A stretch of 64,000 nt of DNA from Nitrospinota bacterium (GCA_965223725.1 CBDCXE010000002.1:254546-318545), one strand, 5' to 3'. Shown: positions 1 through 10,419, counted from the first letter of the stretch. Translations and numbers: made by a program. The notes: generated from the sequence alone by a model not told the origin.

Positions 1-1
1 T

Positions 2-484
2 ATGATGAAAGTTTTGACAAAGCTGATTATCGCAATATCCATTTCATCCGCCGGGTTGGCCCATGCGGGCGAGATCGAGATCAAGGACGCCTGGGCCAGG
101 GCGACCATACCCAGCGCCAAAACCGCGGCGGTGTATATGGTGATCGTCAACAACGGATCGGCCGATGGAAAGCTGACCGGCGCCAAAACACCCATAGCCA
201 AAAAGGCGCAGATCCATTCCACCGAGGTTAAGGATGGAATGATGATGATGAGCAAGCTTGATCATCTGGTGGCGCCTGCGGGCGGGCAGGTCGAGCTGGC
301 GCCGGGCGGGAAGCATCTGATGTTGATCGGCCTTGAACATGGGCTGAAGGCGGGTGAGATGATACATCTGATGTTGAGCTTTGAAAGCAGGGACGATGTG
401 ATGGTGATGGTCCCGGTCAAGGAGAGTGGCGAGGAAGGGATGTACCACGGGGAACATACGCATGAACATCACGACATGGAATAA
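2..484 (+). CDS. Periplasmic copper chaperone PCu(A)C-like (DUF461/YcnI-like)
   Basis: N-terminal signal peptide (MMKVLTKLIIAISISSAGLAHA); Met/His-rich motifs (HSTEVKDGMMMM, HLMLIGLEHG, MIHLMLSFESRDDVMVMV) typical of PCuAC copper-binding proteins; acidic His-rich tail. Confidence 0.55.
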   Translation: MMKVLTKLIIAISISSAGLAHAGEIEIKDAWARATIPSAKTAAVYMVIVNNGSADGKLTGAKTPIAKKAQIHSTEVKDGMMMMSKLDHLVAPAGGQVELAPGGKHLMLIGLEHGLKAGEMIHLMLSFESRDDVMVMVPVKESGEEGMYHGEHTHEHHDME

Positions 485-528
485 GAAGCGGCATGACAAG
501 GATATGCGGCCACTGCCATGCTCACCAA

Positions 529-2112
529 TCAGAAATCTTTAAAGCCATCCTCATCAAAAGGTATAGCGCTCTGTTCGACAGACCCGGTTTTTGAGGTATT
601 TTCCGCATAAACAGGTGTCGGTTTGGCCCGAGGTTTGTGACCGTTCGAGCTGCTATTTTTCTCATCATCAACCGGCTCTGCAGTTATGTTTTCCATGGTT
701 GAGCCTTCATAAAAAGCGCTCAGCTTTTTCACCACATTCCGGAGGACCAGGGTCTGCGCGCTCAGATCCTCGCTGAAATAGGCGGACTCCGCCGCGCTGG
801 CGGCGTTGCGCTGGGTTAGATGGTCCAATTGATATACGGCCTGGCTCACTTGCGATATTGCGTCCGCCTGCTGGTTGGAGGCGGCGGCTATGGAGCTGAT
901 TAACTCGCTCACTTTTTCGGCGCCGATGGAGATCTGCTCCAGAGCTTGGGCGGATTTATCTACTATTTCCGAACCAGCGTTAGCTTTTTCCACTGCATTC
1001 GCGATCAGCAGGGAAGTATCCCGTGAAGCGGTGGCCGACCGCTGGGCCAGGTTGCGCACTTCTTCGGCCACCACGGCAAAGCCTTTGCCATGCTCCCCGG
1101 CGCGCGCCGCTTCCACCGCTGCGTTGAGGGCCAGCAGGTTGGTCTGAAACGCTATCTCTTCTATCACCTTTATTATTTTCGATATCTCGCTGGAGGACTC
1201 TTTGATCGATTCCATCCCGGTGACCATGTTGCGCATGGAGTCCACTCCGTCGCTGACCATTTTCATGCTGTTGCCCATCAAAACGTCCGCTTCGTTGGAG
1301 TTTTCCGCGTTCTGTCTGGTCATGGATGATATCTCCTCCAGTGACGCAGAGGTCTCTTCCAGGGATGAGGCTTGTTCGGTGGCGTCTTCCGCCAGCGACT
1401 GGCTGTAATCGGCTATTTTGGCGGAGGCCAGGTTTACATTGGAGCTGGTTCCGATCAGCTCTCCCACTATCCTGGATATTGGGTCTGTTATGGAGCGGAC
1501 AAGGAAATATCCGGAAACTATCATGATGATCACCGCGATAATGGCAGTGATGGTGAGTAATGTAATTACACTGTTAACCGTCCGGGTCAGTAATGCGGTT
1601 TCCTCCACAGTGGCGTTGTCCAGCTCGTCGGACAGGTTAGCCAGGGCATCCAGAAATGGCTTGTCATTTATTTCTGTAAAACCATCGATCTGTGTGGCTG
1701 ATTTGCCTTCGTCGAAAAGACTTTTGGCTTTGCTTGCCGCCTCTTGATATATGCGCACTTTTTCACTTATCTTTGTGAGCGCAATTCTCTCTGTGTCGCT
1801 TATGGACCCGGACGCCCGATAGTTATTGACGTCAGCCTCTATCTGGCTCGTTTTGTCCAGAAACCTATTGAAATGCTGGATATCATTGCGCAGAATATAG
1901 TTTTTAAATTCATGGATGGCCCCGCCATAACCCATGGACGCATGGATATCCAGCAGATAATGCCGCTTCTCCTGAACTACGTCCACATAACTGTTCCAGC
2001 CGTTCTTTACATCATTAAAGTTCATGACAGCGACAGCGATGGTTACTGTCAAAATAATAACCCCGAACGCCACCAGTAATATCAGCTTCTGGCTCAGCCT
2101 CATTGCGGACAT
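529..2112 (-). CDS. Methyl-accepting chemotaxis protein (TM1-sensor-TM2-HAMP-signalling domain)
   Basis: Two TM segments flanking a ~150 aa periplasmic domain; canonical MCP signalling motif [39 protein letters not shown]; methylation-helix heptads. Confidence 0.9.
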   Translation of the reverse strand: MSAMRLSQKLILLVAFGVIILTVTIAVAVMNFNDVKNGWNSYVDVVQEKRHYLLDIHASMGYGGAIHEFKNYILRNDIQHFNRFLDKTSQIEADVNNYRASGSISDTERIALTKISEKVRIYQEAASKAKSLFDEGKSATQIDGFTEINDKPFLDALANLSDELDNATVEETALLTRTVNSVITLLTITAIIAVIIMIVSGYFLVRSITDPISRIVGELIGTSSNVNLASAKIADYSQSLAEDATEQASSLEETSASLEEISSMTRQNAENSNEADVLMGNSMKMVSDGVDSMRNMVTGMESIKESSSEISKIIKVIEEIAFQTNLLALNAAVEAARAGEHGKGFAVVAEEVRNLAQRSATASRDTSLLIANAVEKANAGSEIVDKSAQALEQISIGAEKVSELISSIAAASNQQADAISQVSQAVYQLDHLTQRNAASAAESAYFSEDLSAQTLVLRNVVKKLSAFYEGSTMENITAEPVDDEKNSSSNGHKPRAKPTPVYAENTSKTGSVEQSAIPFDEDGFKDF

Positions 2113-2349
2113 TTTACCGTCTCCTAAAAAGCCTTCTCATTTCGGATCGTGCGGCGCCGTCAGACACACCACACATCTGCTTTATATCTACAGAATTTAT
2201 CGGCAGGATGCCCGATTTTCTTAAGGATAGCGCGCGCTGCCTAAAAAAAAAGGCACATTTCCAGAATCATGATACAAACTGATTTGCATACTTAATACGC
2301 ATGGTTTAACATGGTTGATTAAGTTAATTCATGAAGGAATCGATTAACC

Positions 2350-3213
2350 ATGTCAAACAGTTCTGGGCGTTATGCGGATTTGCAGCGTTATGCGGATTTG
2401 CATATGCATACTGTATGCTCCGATGGCAGATACACGCCGATAGAGGTGGTTGACAAGGCGCACAGCCTCGGTTTTTCGGCCATTTCCATCACAGACCACG
2501 ACACCTGCGAAGGCTACAGGCGGGCGAAAGAGCATGCGGAGGGCCTTGGTGTAGAGCTGATCCCTGGCATAGAAATTTCATCCGCCATCGGCCGCAAGAC
2601 CGTGCATATCCTGGGGTATTTCATTGATATTAATAGCGAACCTATCCAGAAGATCATTGCCGAGACCCAGGTCAGACGGCTGAGCAGGATGGAGCGGATG
2701 GTGGAGAAGCTGAACCGGCAGGGCCTCGACATTGCCATGGATGGTGTCACAAAGTTTACCGCAGGCGGGACCGTCGGACGGGCGAACCTGGCCAAGTATA
2801 TGGTGTCGCTTGGATACGCAAAAAATGTGGAGGACGTCTTCCAGCGCTACCTGGGCGACGGCAAATCGGCCTATGAGCCGGTGGGGCTGTATACACCGGA
2901 GGAGGTCATCGAAATGATCCATGAGGCTGGCGGTCTATCATCGCTGGCCCATCCTGGCTGTTCCAAAATTGATGATAAAGTCATTCGGCTGGCCGACGCA
3001 GGGCTGGACGGTATAGAAGTGTTCACCCCGTACCATAATCAGGGCGCGCGCAGCCGGTACAGCCAGATCGCTAGCCAACTGAAGCTGCTGGTGACCGGTG
3101 GCTCTGACAGCCATGGCGATATTCCGGGGCGCCAGGATATTGGCGCAGTGAAGCTTGAGTATAAGTATGTTAACAATTTGAAAGATAAAGCGGCCGTGGC
3201 CGCCACACTCTGA
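2350..3213 (+). CDS. PHP-domain metal-dependent phosphoesterase (TrpH/YciV-like)
   Basis: HMHTVCSDG and SITDHDT motifs; C-terminal GGSDSHG; RBS GAAGGAA upstream. Confidence 0.8.
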   Translation: MSNSSGRYADLQRYADLHMHTVCSDGRYTPIEVVDKAHSLGFSAISITDHDTCEGYRRAKEHAEGLGVELIPGIEISSAIGRKTVHILGYFIDINSEPIQKIIAETQVRRLSRMERMVEKLNRQGLDIAMDGVTKFTAGGTVGRANLAKYMVSLGYAKNVEDVFQRYLGDGKSAYEPVGLYTPEEVIEMIHEAGGLSSLAHPGCSKIDDKVIRLADAGLDGIEVFTPYHNQGARSRYSQIASQLKLLVTGGSDSHGDIPGRQDIGAVKLEYKYVNNLKDKAAVAATL

Positions 3214-3235
3214 TGGTATATGGAGATACGGAGAG

Positions 3236-3517
3236 ATGAAACTACGCAAGGAAATGATCGACTACCTGGCAAAACGCATCATATCCATCCTGGAGGAGAA
3301 AGAGCTGTTGGATTCGGATGACGAAAAAGAAGGTGTCTGCGAATCGGTTTCAGGAATTATCACCAGAGATTTGCAAGTGGAAGATGAATTAAACGACGAG
3401 GTGAAATCGCTCCTGGAAAAAATGGGCGACGAGATCGACGAGGCGAATATTAATTATAGAAAAATGTTCCAGATGGTCAAGCAAAAGCTGGCCCGGGAGC
3501 GTGGACTGATCCTTTGA
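3236..3517 (+). CDS. Small acidic protein, paralog A (DUF507-like?)
   Basis: 93 aa; paralogous to the next ORF (MKLRKEMIDYLAKRII vs MKLSREKINHLSKLIL; DLQVEDELNDEVKSLLE vs ELSIEDEVDTSVRRTIE); sits immediately after the PHP gene. Confidence 0.45.
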   Translation: MKLRKEMIDYLAKRIISILEEKELLDSDDEKEGVCESVSGIITRDLQVEDELNDEVKSLLEKMGDEIDEANINYRKMFQMVKQKLARERGLIL

Positions 3518-3530
3518 GAATGGAGTTCCA

Positions 3531-3809
3531 GTGAAACTTAGCAGAGAGAAAATAAACCATCTGTCGAAGCTGATCCTGAAAGGCTTTCTGGAAGATGACA
3601 GGGTGGAGTTTTATTGTGACGAGAACGACCTTCGGCTGGAGATTGTGGATATCCTCAACTCGGAGCTGTCCATAGAAGACGAGGTGGACACCTCTGTGCG
3701 TCGAACCATCGAATCATACTCCAAGGATATCCGCGAAGGCACCGACGAGTGGGAAATCCTCTACCACAAACACTATAACGAAGAGACGAAAAAACGGCGG
3801 GGTATATAG
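3531..3809 (+). CDS. Small acidic protein, paralog B (DUF507-like?)
   Basis: 92 aa tandem paralog of 3236-3517; 13-bp spacing suggests co-transcription. Confidence 0.45.
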   Translation: MKLSREKINHLSKLILKGFLEDDRVEFYCDENDLRLEIVDILNSELSIEDEVDTSVRRTIESYSKDIREGTDEWEILYHKHYNEETKKRRGI

Positions 3810-3820
3810 CTGGCCGCGTA

Positions 3821-5584
3821 TTACTTGGTGGCCACCCCCTCCGGCGTCAGGTTTTCCTCAACCAGCCAGGCGTTCACCACCTCGGCCAGGATGCGGTTGC
3901 CGATCTCGTTAAAATGTGTGTCCCGGCAATAGAACAGCCGCTCGTCGCCCGCCTTCTCCATCATCTGCGGCAGGGCGTTTAGCATATACCAGTCCTTTTC
4001 GTAGGCGTATTCCATCAACGCTTTCTGCGGATATTCCCACTGGTTCGTATCGGCGAACCGCTGCCGCAGCTCCTGCGCCTCGGCGGTGTTCTGCTGGACC
4101 GCGTCCGGGATCAGCACAATGGCTATCGGCACGTTGTTCCGCCCGGCCAGCTCGGTTATTTTATCCAGATAGCCTTTGGTTTTTTCCCACGACTCCCGGA
4201 TCACCCCTTCATACCGGTCCGGGCTCATATGGATCTTCCTGCCCAGGTCCTTGATGCATCCCCCATGCTCCACATTCATTTTTTTCCGGACGTTCACCGC
4301 GTCTTCCTGCAGGTTCTTGAACAGCGCGCTATAGTTCCGGGCGTAGAGCAGCCGATAGAGATGCGATTTGTTCAGCCAGAGCTTTTTCCTTTTCTCCCAG
4401 GTGATCTCTTTGCGGGTCAGCTTTTTGGCCGTATCCTGCCGCACCAGTATGCCGTCGATGGCGGTGTGGGCGGGGTGGATGGAGTTGTCGGTGATGTCGT
4501 TACCCACGAAAAACCCAAGGACCACCAGGTCCGGCTCGAACCCCAGCCCGAACTTTTTCAGATAATGATACTCCTCGTCGGTGCCATAGCTGGGCACGCC
4601 AGAGTTTAGCACCTCCACCGGCATGGCGCTGCCCGCGAACATCCGCTCCATATATTTCGGGTAGGAGTCCTCCATGGTGGTCAGCGAAAAGGTGAACGAG
4701 TCGCCCAGGACAAGGATGCGGAACGTGCCGTCCGGTTTATGCTTTGTATACCGGTCATAGTCGCGCATCCCGAACCGGTTGGTGTCGTTGCCCAGGCGCG
4801 CCTTCACGTTCGGCTTCAGCATGAACCCCACGTCATCATCCGCCATATAGACCGGCCGGAAGCTGCTGATAAACTCCTGCTGCGGGAAAAAGTTGCGCAT
4901 TACCAGCTCTATAAAAATGATGGTTATCAAAATGGAAAAAAGCGTCAGCGCCAGGTTGCCGGCATAGCGCCCCCAGAGCCGTTTCGAAGTGGCGCGCCAT
5001 ATGAACATCGCCAGCAGCGCGATCACGCCCAACAGTGTCAATATCTTTACCCAGCCGGGGATATATCGCTGCAGGGTGATCTGCTTTATCGCCGCCCAGG
5101 AGCCCTCCACGGTCCGAATGGTAATGCCCGCGCCATCATCGTCCAGCAACTCCGCCGGTATCGCCACCGAAAATTCGGAGCGAACACCACTCGCCGCCCA
5201 ATGGGCGTGAGCCTTGCCGCTGCCCGCTTTTACCCGGAACCGGCCCAGTTCCTTACCCCGTGCGGTGACCTGTATCACCGGGGGCGCGGCTTCATGACTG
5301 TCAAGAAACGTGATGGTCAGCCGTTGTTTGCCCGTTTGCTTTGTGCCGAGGACGATCTCTTTCTGCTCACCACCGCCCCATCCGTCCAACGGGCCGGGGA
5401 GCTGGACAGGGATCACATTAGTCTTCGGATCGACGCGGAAGGTTTGCCTGCCGTTCCAGAACCGCCCCTCCTTCATGCTCTGGTCGCTGTGGTAGGTGAT
5501 GGTAGACAGCCTGGCCAGCGTGAGGCCGATGGCGCCCGCCAACGTCGTCAGCGCCAACACCCAAACGAAAATCTTCTTCATCAA
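3821..5584 (-). CDS. Membrane-associated SGNH/GDSL hydrolase family protein with N-terminal beta-rich domain
   Basis: Signal/TM at N-terminus and mid-protein TM helices; GDSF block (ILVLGDSFT); C-terminal catalytic D-x-x-H (CRDTHFN). Resembles AlgX/AlgJ-like polysaccharide O-acyl esterases/transferases. Confidence 0.55.
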   Translation of the reverse strand: MMKKIFVWVLALTTLAGAIGLTLARLSTITYHSDQSMKEGRFWNGRQTFRVDPKTNVIPVQLPGPLDGWGGGEQKEIVLGTKQTGKQRLTITFLDSHEAAPPVIQVTARGKELGRFRVKAGSGKAHAHWAASGVRSEFSVAIPAELLDDDGAGITIRTVEGSWAAIKQITLQRYIPGWVKILTLLGVIALLAMFIWRATSKRLWGRYAGNLALTLFSILITIIFIELVMRNFFPQQEFISSFRPVYMADDDVGFMLKPNVKARLGNDTNRFGMRDYDRYTKHKPDGTFRILVLGDSFTFSLTTMEDSYPKYMERMFAGSAMPVEVLNSGVPSYGTDEEYHYLKKFGLGFEPDLVVLGFFVGNDITDNSIHPAHTAIDGILVRQDTAKKLTRKEITWEKRKKLWLNKSHLYRLLYARNYSALFKNLQEDAVNVRKKMNVEHGGCIKDLGRKIHMSPDRYEGVIRESWEKTKGYLDKITELAGRNNVPIAIVLIPDAVQQNTAEAQELRQRFADTNQWEYPQKALMEYAYEKDWYMLNALPQMMEKAGDERLFYCRDTHFNEIGNRILAEVVNAWLVEENLTPEGVATK

Positions 5585-5687
5585 AATCAGTATTGCAAAA
5601 ATGTTTTCTGGTTCATATTACAATGGACTTTACCACGATTTGAGGCATATTGTAGCTATAGTATAAGCAAATGACGCGGAGGATAAA

Positions 5688-6548
5688 ATGAGCAAACCAA
5701 GCGCCGACGATATAGTGGAGGGCCAACGGCAAGGCTGGAACCTGGTGGCCCAGGCATGGGAGAAATGGGACCCCTGGATGGAACGGAACCTGGGGGTATG
5801 CAACGACGCGCTGATCGAATCGGCCAACATCACCACCGGCCACAATGTCCTCGACCTGGGCAGCGGCACCGGCCACCCGGCGATCCGTATCGCCAGTGTG
5901 GTGGGCGGCGATGGCCGTGTGACCGGGCTGGATGTGGCGGAGGATATGTTACAAGCGGCCCGGAGAAAGGCGGATAAAGCTGGTCTGCAAAATATCGAGT
6001 TCAAGGCCGGCGACATCACGGCCTTGCCCTTCGACGACCACACCTTCGACGCGGCCACGTCCCGGTTCTGCCTGATGTTTCTGCCCGACCCGGCGTCGGC
6101 TGTGAAAGAGATCCACCGCACCCTGAAAAACGGAGCCAACCTGGCGGCGGCGGTATGGAGCGATGCGGAGAAGAACCCGGCGTTCACCATGGCCATGGAA
6201 ATATTGAAAGAGTTCATCGATGTGGAGCCGCCCGACCCGGCCATACCGGGCGTCTTCAGCATGGCGGATAAAGATAACCTCCACGGCCTGCTGGCCACCG
6301 CCGGTTTTACTGAGATAGGTGTAAAAGAATTTCCATTCCATTGGGGCTATGAATCGGGCGAGGAGTTCCTGGAAGGGTTCGAGCTGGCCGCGCCATTGCA
6401 GGACCTCTACAGAAAGCTGTCGGCTGACGACCGGAAACAGGTGGACGCGAAGATAATCGAATCGGCGGAAAATTTCCGCAGCGAAGGCAAGATCATGATC
6501 CCCACCGAGGCGTTGATAGTCTCTGGGGTGAAGGGCGGCGCAGCATAA
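5688..6548 (+). CDS. Class I SAM-dependent methyltransferase
   Basis: Motif I VLDLGSGTGHPAIRIA; motif post-I GLDVAEDML; type-11 methyltransferase architecture. Confidence 0.75.
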   Translation: MSKPSADDIVEGQRQGWNLVAQAWEKWDPWMERNLGVCNDALIESANITTGHNVLDLGSGTGHPAIRIASVVGGDGRVTGLDVAEDMLQAARRKADKAGLQNIEFKAGDITALPFDDHTFDAATSRFCLMFLPDPASAVKEIHRTLKNGANLAAAVWSDAEKNPAFTMAMEILKEFIDVEPPDPAIPGVFSMADKDNLHGLLATAGFTEIGVKEFPFHWGYESGEEFLEGFELAAPLQDLYRKLSADDRKQVDAKIIESAENFRSEGKIMIPTEALIVSGVKGGAA

Positions 6549-6561
6549 GCGCCATGGGTCG

Positions 6562-7728
6562 TTACAGGACCGACCGGAATATCTCCACCAGGTCGTCCCG
6601 GGTCAGACCGCCGAGGTTTTCCACGCCCTTCTGCGCCACGACCGCGTCCGCCATCTCCTCCAGCCGCGCGTCGTCGATCTCGTAGTCGGACAAGGTTACG
6701 CCAACGCCCATCCCCCGGTAAAACTGCATTGTTTTATCGACCCCCTCCCGGGCCATATCGATATCGCCCCTGGCGTCGTTGGGATGGACGCCCCACACCT
6801 TGCGGGCATATTGAGCAAACCGTTTCGCTTTTCTATCGACCACCTTGTTCATCCAGCCGTTGTAGACCACGGCCAGCGCGGCGCCATGGGCGAGGCCATA
6901 TTTGGCGGTCAGCTCGTGCGACATGATGTGGCAGGTCCAGTCGCCCTTAACGCCGGAGCCCACAATACCGTTGAGCGCCATGGTGGACGCCCACATCAGG
7001 TTCGCGCGGGCGTCATAGTCGTCCGGTTTCTCCATGGCGACGGGGGCATAGCGTATTACAGTCCGCATGATGGTCTCTGCAATGCCGTCCGGGATGTCGC
7101 TGTTTTCTATATCGTGGAAGTATTGCTCCAGCACATGCGACATGATATCCACAGAACCATAAGCGGTCTGGTCCGCGGGGACGCCGTAGGTAAGCTCCGG
7201 GTCGAGGATGGCGAATTTCGGATAAAGCTGCGGGTAATACACTGCCCTCTTCTCGCCCAGCTCCGGGTTGGATATGACCGTGTTGCCGTTCGCTTCGGAG
7301 CCGGTGGCGGCCAGGGTTAATACAACACCCAAGGGTAAGAAGCGGGTGGCTTTTTCCTTTTTTGTAATGATGTCCCACAGGTCACCGTCATAACCGGCGG
7401 CGGCGCTGATTGCTTTCGACGCGTCGATAACGCTGCCGCCACCCAGCGCCACGATCCCGTCAATATCGTTCTCCCTGCACAACCGGCCGCCCAACCGCAC
7501 CGACCCGATCTGCGGGTTGGCCTCTATGCCATTAAGCTGGACAACTTCCAGCCCTTGCTCGTTCAGTTTTGCCAGCGCTCTATCCAGCAAGCCGCTTTTT
7601 TTGACGCTGCCCTGCCCTGTCACCAACAGTATCCGGCCGCCCAGTGTGGCCGCCTGTTCCGCTATCTGCCCGAACTGGCCTTTGCCAAACAATATTTTTG
7701 TGCTGTTCTGAAAAACAAAATTTTCCAT
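6562..7728 (-). CDS. Iron-containing (group III) alcohol dehydrogenase
   Basis: ILLVTGQGSVKKSG...GGGSVIDASKAI NAD(P)-binding block; His-rich metal site (HIMSHELTAKYGLAHGAALA). Confidence 0.85.
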   Translation of the reverse strand: MENFVFQNSTKILFGKGQFGQIAEQAATLGGRILLVTGQGSVKKSGLLDRALAKLNEQGLEVVQLNGIEANPQIGSVRLGGRLCRENDIDGIVALGGGSVIDASKAISAAAGYDGDLWDIITKKEKATRFLPLGVVLTLAATGSEANGNTVISNPELGEKRAVYYPQLYPKFAILDPELTYGVPADQTAYGSVDIMSHVLEQYFHDIENSDIPDGIAETIMRTVIRYAPVAMEKPDDYDARANLMWASTMALNGIVGSGVKGDWTCHIMSHELTAKYGLAHGAALAVVYNGWMNKVVDRKAKRFAQYARKVWGVHPNDARGDIDMAREGVDKTMQFYRGMGVGVTLSDYEIDDARLEEMADAVVAQKGVENLGGLTRDDLVEIFRSVL

Positions 7729-7774
7729 TCTATCTCCAATACTCGGCTACTGAAGGACAGCGCAAGCAGTCAGG

Positions 7775-8929
7775 TTAGATAGCTGATACAGATTTGGCGC
7801 CGGCAAGGCTTTCGTACAGGCGACGAGCTTTTTCGCGCAGTTTCTCAAAGACTGCCTTATAGCTGCTGTCCGATTCGTGCAAGGTCAATACAGGCGCGCC
7901 TTTTTTAAACAGGTTGCCATCAAACGGTATGTCCCGCGCGCCTTCACTGTGCCACTTTTCCGCCCCAAAAAACTGACAGTCTTTTATGGCATGCACCCTG
8001 GCGGACGAGTAATAAAGCTCGTGCGATCCGGGGTCTATTATCCTATCGGAATCAACACCGGTGACGCTGTCTATATGCATTCCAAACAGGTCGTTCATGG
8101 TGGCCATACCCAAAACCCCAAGCCCGGCGGATGGTCTTGGGTTGACTTCTATCAGCGTCACTTCACCATCATAGATAAAATCGAACCCCCAGAGCCCCTT
8201 AAGGCCAAATTCCAATGTTAACGCGTCAGCAATTTCTGTTACGGCGGGCCTTATATTCTCTGAAAATGGATGTGGATATACATTGCCGACATACCGAAAA
8301 CCGCTGGCGCCAAATGATTTATCACCGACTGTCTGTGTCATCATCCCCAGCAACTGGGCGTCTGATCCGTTGGATACAACAACAGCGGATGACGACATAC
8401 CTTCGATATATTCCTGGCAATATGCAGAATCATCCGAATTGTAGCCTGCCCTATCCATAAACTCTATGCTAGCACCTCCCATGGAGCCTATCGGTTTGCG
8501 GAGCCATCTACCGCTGTCGGGGCTACGGCCGCTACCGATAAAATATCTGGGATATTTAAAAGACCAGGCAGACGCCGCCCGGACCAGGTTGTCTGGCGAG
8601 CGGACCGCCCGGATGGATTCGATACCGGTCCCTAATACTGGTCCTGCCTTATGCAGCCTCAACAGCGACTTTATATCATTCTCGAAACCGGGCCCGTAAA
8701 TAAAGCCACGGCATTGCACGCCTTCAGCGATGTTTACCAATGATTTGATTTCGGAAGGTTCATCGACATCGCGCAGTGTGGATATGTTATCACTCAGCCG
8801 TTTGGTATCCCAGTCGCCATAATAATCAACTGTGCATATGTTATGGCCGTGACGGACGGCGATCTCGGCCAGATACCTGATGTTAGCTCCTGTTATCAGG
8901 TACGGCTTTTCATTTATGTTGTCATTCAT
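7775..8929 (-). CDS. ATP-grasp superfamily protein (COG2232-like predicted carboligase)
   Basis: ATP-grasp motif EVNPRPSAG near the C-terminus; glycine-rich loops; no closer assignment possible. Confidence 0.55.
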   Translation of the reverse strand: MNDNINEKPYLITGANIRYLAEIAVRHGHNICTVDYYGDWDTKRLSDNISTLRDVDEPSEIKSLVNIAEGVQCRGFIYGPGFENDIKSLLRLHKAGPVLGTGIESIRAVRSPDNLVRAASAWSFKYPRYFIGSGRSPDSGRWLRKPIGSMGGASIEFMDRAGYNSDDSAYCQEYIEGMSSSAVVVSNGSDAQLLGMMTQTVGDKSFGASGFRYVGNVYPHPFSENIRPAVTEIADALTLEFGLKGLWGFDFIYDGEVTLIEVNPRPSAGLGVLGMATMNDLFGMHIDSVTGVDSDRIIDPGSHELYYSSARVHAIKDCQFFGAEKWHSEGARDIPFDGNLFKKGAPVLTLHESDSSYKAVFEKLREKARRLYESLAGAKSVSAI

Positions 8930-8945
8930 TTCAATATACAGTTTA

Positions 8946-9833
8946 TCAGATTTCCGGCCCCGGTTCCGGTGTAACGATCTCCATGATTAACTCTAGCACA
9001 ACCCGGGCCACCGATCGTTCATAGAAAAAACCGGTGTGCCCGCATGTGTCGATCTCTATATTTTTACGCGCTGAAGGATGTTCGGAATTCGTATAGGGCA
9101 TAATCAACTGATCATATTTCGAATAAATCGAATATAGCTTTGCGCCCGGCTGGGAGTTGACGATTTCGGAGATGAGCGGTGATGTGGGATGAAGCGCCCG
9201 GGCGGTCTGTGTCAGGCCCATGGCGGAGAGCCGGGAGCCTCTGAAAGGCGCTCCCATGGTTATGACCGCTTTCACTTCACCCGACTGTTCAAACTGCTTT
9301 GCATATTCATACGATAGCAGCCCACCCAGGCTGTGGCCTACCAGGATTACTTCTGTCATTCCTGTTTTCGACCGTACCCTCAGCAGAAAATCCCTCAACT
9401 CCAGCGCCAGATCTGGCAAGGGCGCGGAAAACGCTTCATATTCGAAGGTCAAAACGTTTGGCGCCGCCCTTGACAAGCGCCGACGCATAAACCAGAAGTG
9501 GGCAGACCTGCCGATAAGTCCATGGGTAAGTATAATCAGCGGTTTTCCTTTCACCAGCTCGCCCGGCTCGAACCTGTTGACATTATCTCTGCGGATAAAA
9601 CTGCTGATAGAGCCGCCTATATAGAACGCTATATATAACAGAATGAACCAGCATTCCTTGATGAACACGCGCGCTGGCTTGTAACCTTTTTCGCTTATCG
9701 CCTTTGCCCAGGTCATCGCCGGGTCGAATATCCTGTTCGACAGTTCGTACCATCGTATGGCGTATAGCAGCGTTTCCAGCAGGACAACGCCGATTACCAG
9801 CGCTATCAGTATGGTTATTAGAAATATCACCAT
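8946..9833 (-). CDS. Membrane-anchored alpha/beta-hydrolase (lipase/esterase-like)
   Basis: N-terminal TM helices; nucleophile elbow GHSLGG; downstream Asp/His candidates. Confidence 0.65.
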   Translation of the reverse strand: MVIFLITILIALVIGVVLLETLLYAIRWYELSNRIFDPAMTWAKAISEKGYKPARVFIKECWFILLYIAFYIGGSISSFIRRDNVNRFEPGELVKGKPLIILTHGLIGRSAHFWFMRRRLSRAAPNVLTFEYEAFSAPLPDLALELRDFLLRVRSKTGMTEVILVGHSLGGLLSYEYAKQFEQSGEVKAVITMGAPFRGSRLSAMGLTQTARALHPTSPLISEIVNSQPGAKLYSIYSKYDQLIMPYTNSEHPSARKNIEIDTCGHTGFFYERSVARVVLELIMEIVTPEPGPEI

Positions 9834-10018
9834 TGGACGCGCATTAGGGCGACGGCGCCCAGACCCACAGCCATCAGCGCAAAGCCGATCAGCCTTAATG
9901 TTTTATTGTCGCTGTCGATGATCTGTTCGGCCACTATCTTCACTTTGTCTGGCATGGTGAAGTATGGAATCCCTTCCAGTATCATAACCAGTCCTATTAC
10001 TGTCACTAATGTTTTCAT
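9827..10018 (-). CDS. Small two-TM membrane protein (DUF2065/YjeT-like)
   Basis: 63 aa, two hydrophobic helices; overlaps the stop of the hydrolase gene by 7 bp, suggesting translational coupling. Confidence 0.4.
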   Translation of the reverse strand: MKTLVTVIGLVMILEGIPYFTMPDKVKIVAEQIIDSDNKTLRLIGFALMAVGLGAVALMRVQW

Positions 10019-10153
10019 TTCTTCCTGGTAATATCAGATATAAATTCGATTATTATACAACCCGCCCGGCCTAATGGCTGGCAAATTAATAATTGTGTCA
10101 TAAAGCTGTTGAAAGCATGAAGCAATCTAGGCTACCATTATCTTTCCCTCACA

Positions 10154-10231
10154 GCGCCCGTAGCTCAGCCCGGATAGAGCGTTTGATTGCGGTTCAAGAG
10201 GTCACAGGTTCGAATCCTGTCGGGCGCGCCA
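10154..10231 (+). tRNA. tRNA, probable tRNA-Arg (anticodon GCG), CCA encoded
   Basis: Cloverleaf read by eye: acceptor GCGCCCG/CGGGCGC, D-arm GCTC..GAGC, anticodon stem TTTGA/TCAAG with loop TTGCGGT (anticodon GCG), T-arm ACAGG-TTCGAAT-CCTGT, discriminator G, CCA. The isotype assignment is less certain than the tRNA call itself. Confidence 0.75.
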
Positions 10232-10403
10232 CTCCTGCGTAGGGCAAGTTAAACATAGTTCATTAGCCAATCGACAAACCGTTGCAGAATCAAACGTGAA
10301 TCTTGTCGGGCGCGCCACTACTGCGTAGAGCAGGTTAAACATAGTTCATTGGCCAAGCGGCAAATCGTTGCAGAATCAAAGGTGGATTCTGTCGGGCGCG
10401 CCA
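10232..10403 (+). repeat. Two tandem 86-bp direct repeats, each ending in a copy of the tRNA 3' end (att-site-like remnants)
   Basis: Unit 1 ends ...gtgaatcttgtcgggcgcgcca (10317) and unit 2 ends ...gtggattctgtcgggcgcgcca (10403); both mimic the tRNA T-arm/acceptor 3' end (..ggttcgaatcctgtcgggcgcgcca, 10231). A further partial copy, cctgtcggg, follows at about 10427. Confidence 0.7.
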
Positions 10404-10419
10404 CTGCCATGGGCAGTGC

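Noticed and set aside
4739-5674. 311-aa plus-strand ORF antisense to the SGNH hydrolase gene, and similar long antisense ORFs inside uvrA (21094-22125), priA (52282-53796), dctM (34612-35019), wzt (16231-16785) and the FadL-like gene (36807-37682)
   Set aside because: These are high-GC antisense open frames with Arg/Pro/Gly-rich, low-complexity translations and no start context. They are typical spurious ORFs opposite genuine genes.
10232-10403. Possible CRISPR-like or REP-like repeat array after the tRNA
   Set aside because: Only two units are present, with an 86-bp period and no spacer/repeat alternation. Each unit terminates in a copy of the tRNA 3' end, which fits att-site remnants rather than CRISPR. 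No cas genes are present.
10403-10417. Identical 15-mer actgccatgggcagt (imperfect palindrome) at 10403-10417 and 59043-59057, with a similar ctgcccatgggg at about 25043, all intergenic
   Set aside because: A rough expectation for a random 15-mer recurring once or twice in 64 kb on both strands is of order a few. The recurrence is therefore not statistically compelling by itself, although it could be a real protein-binding site.
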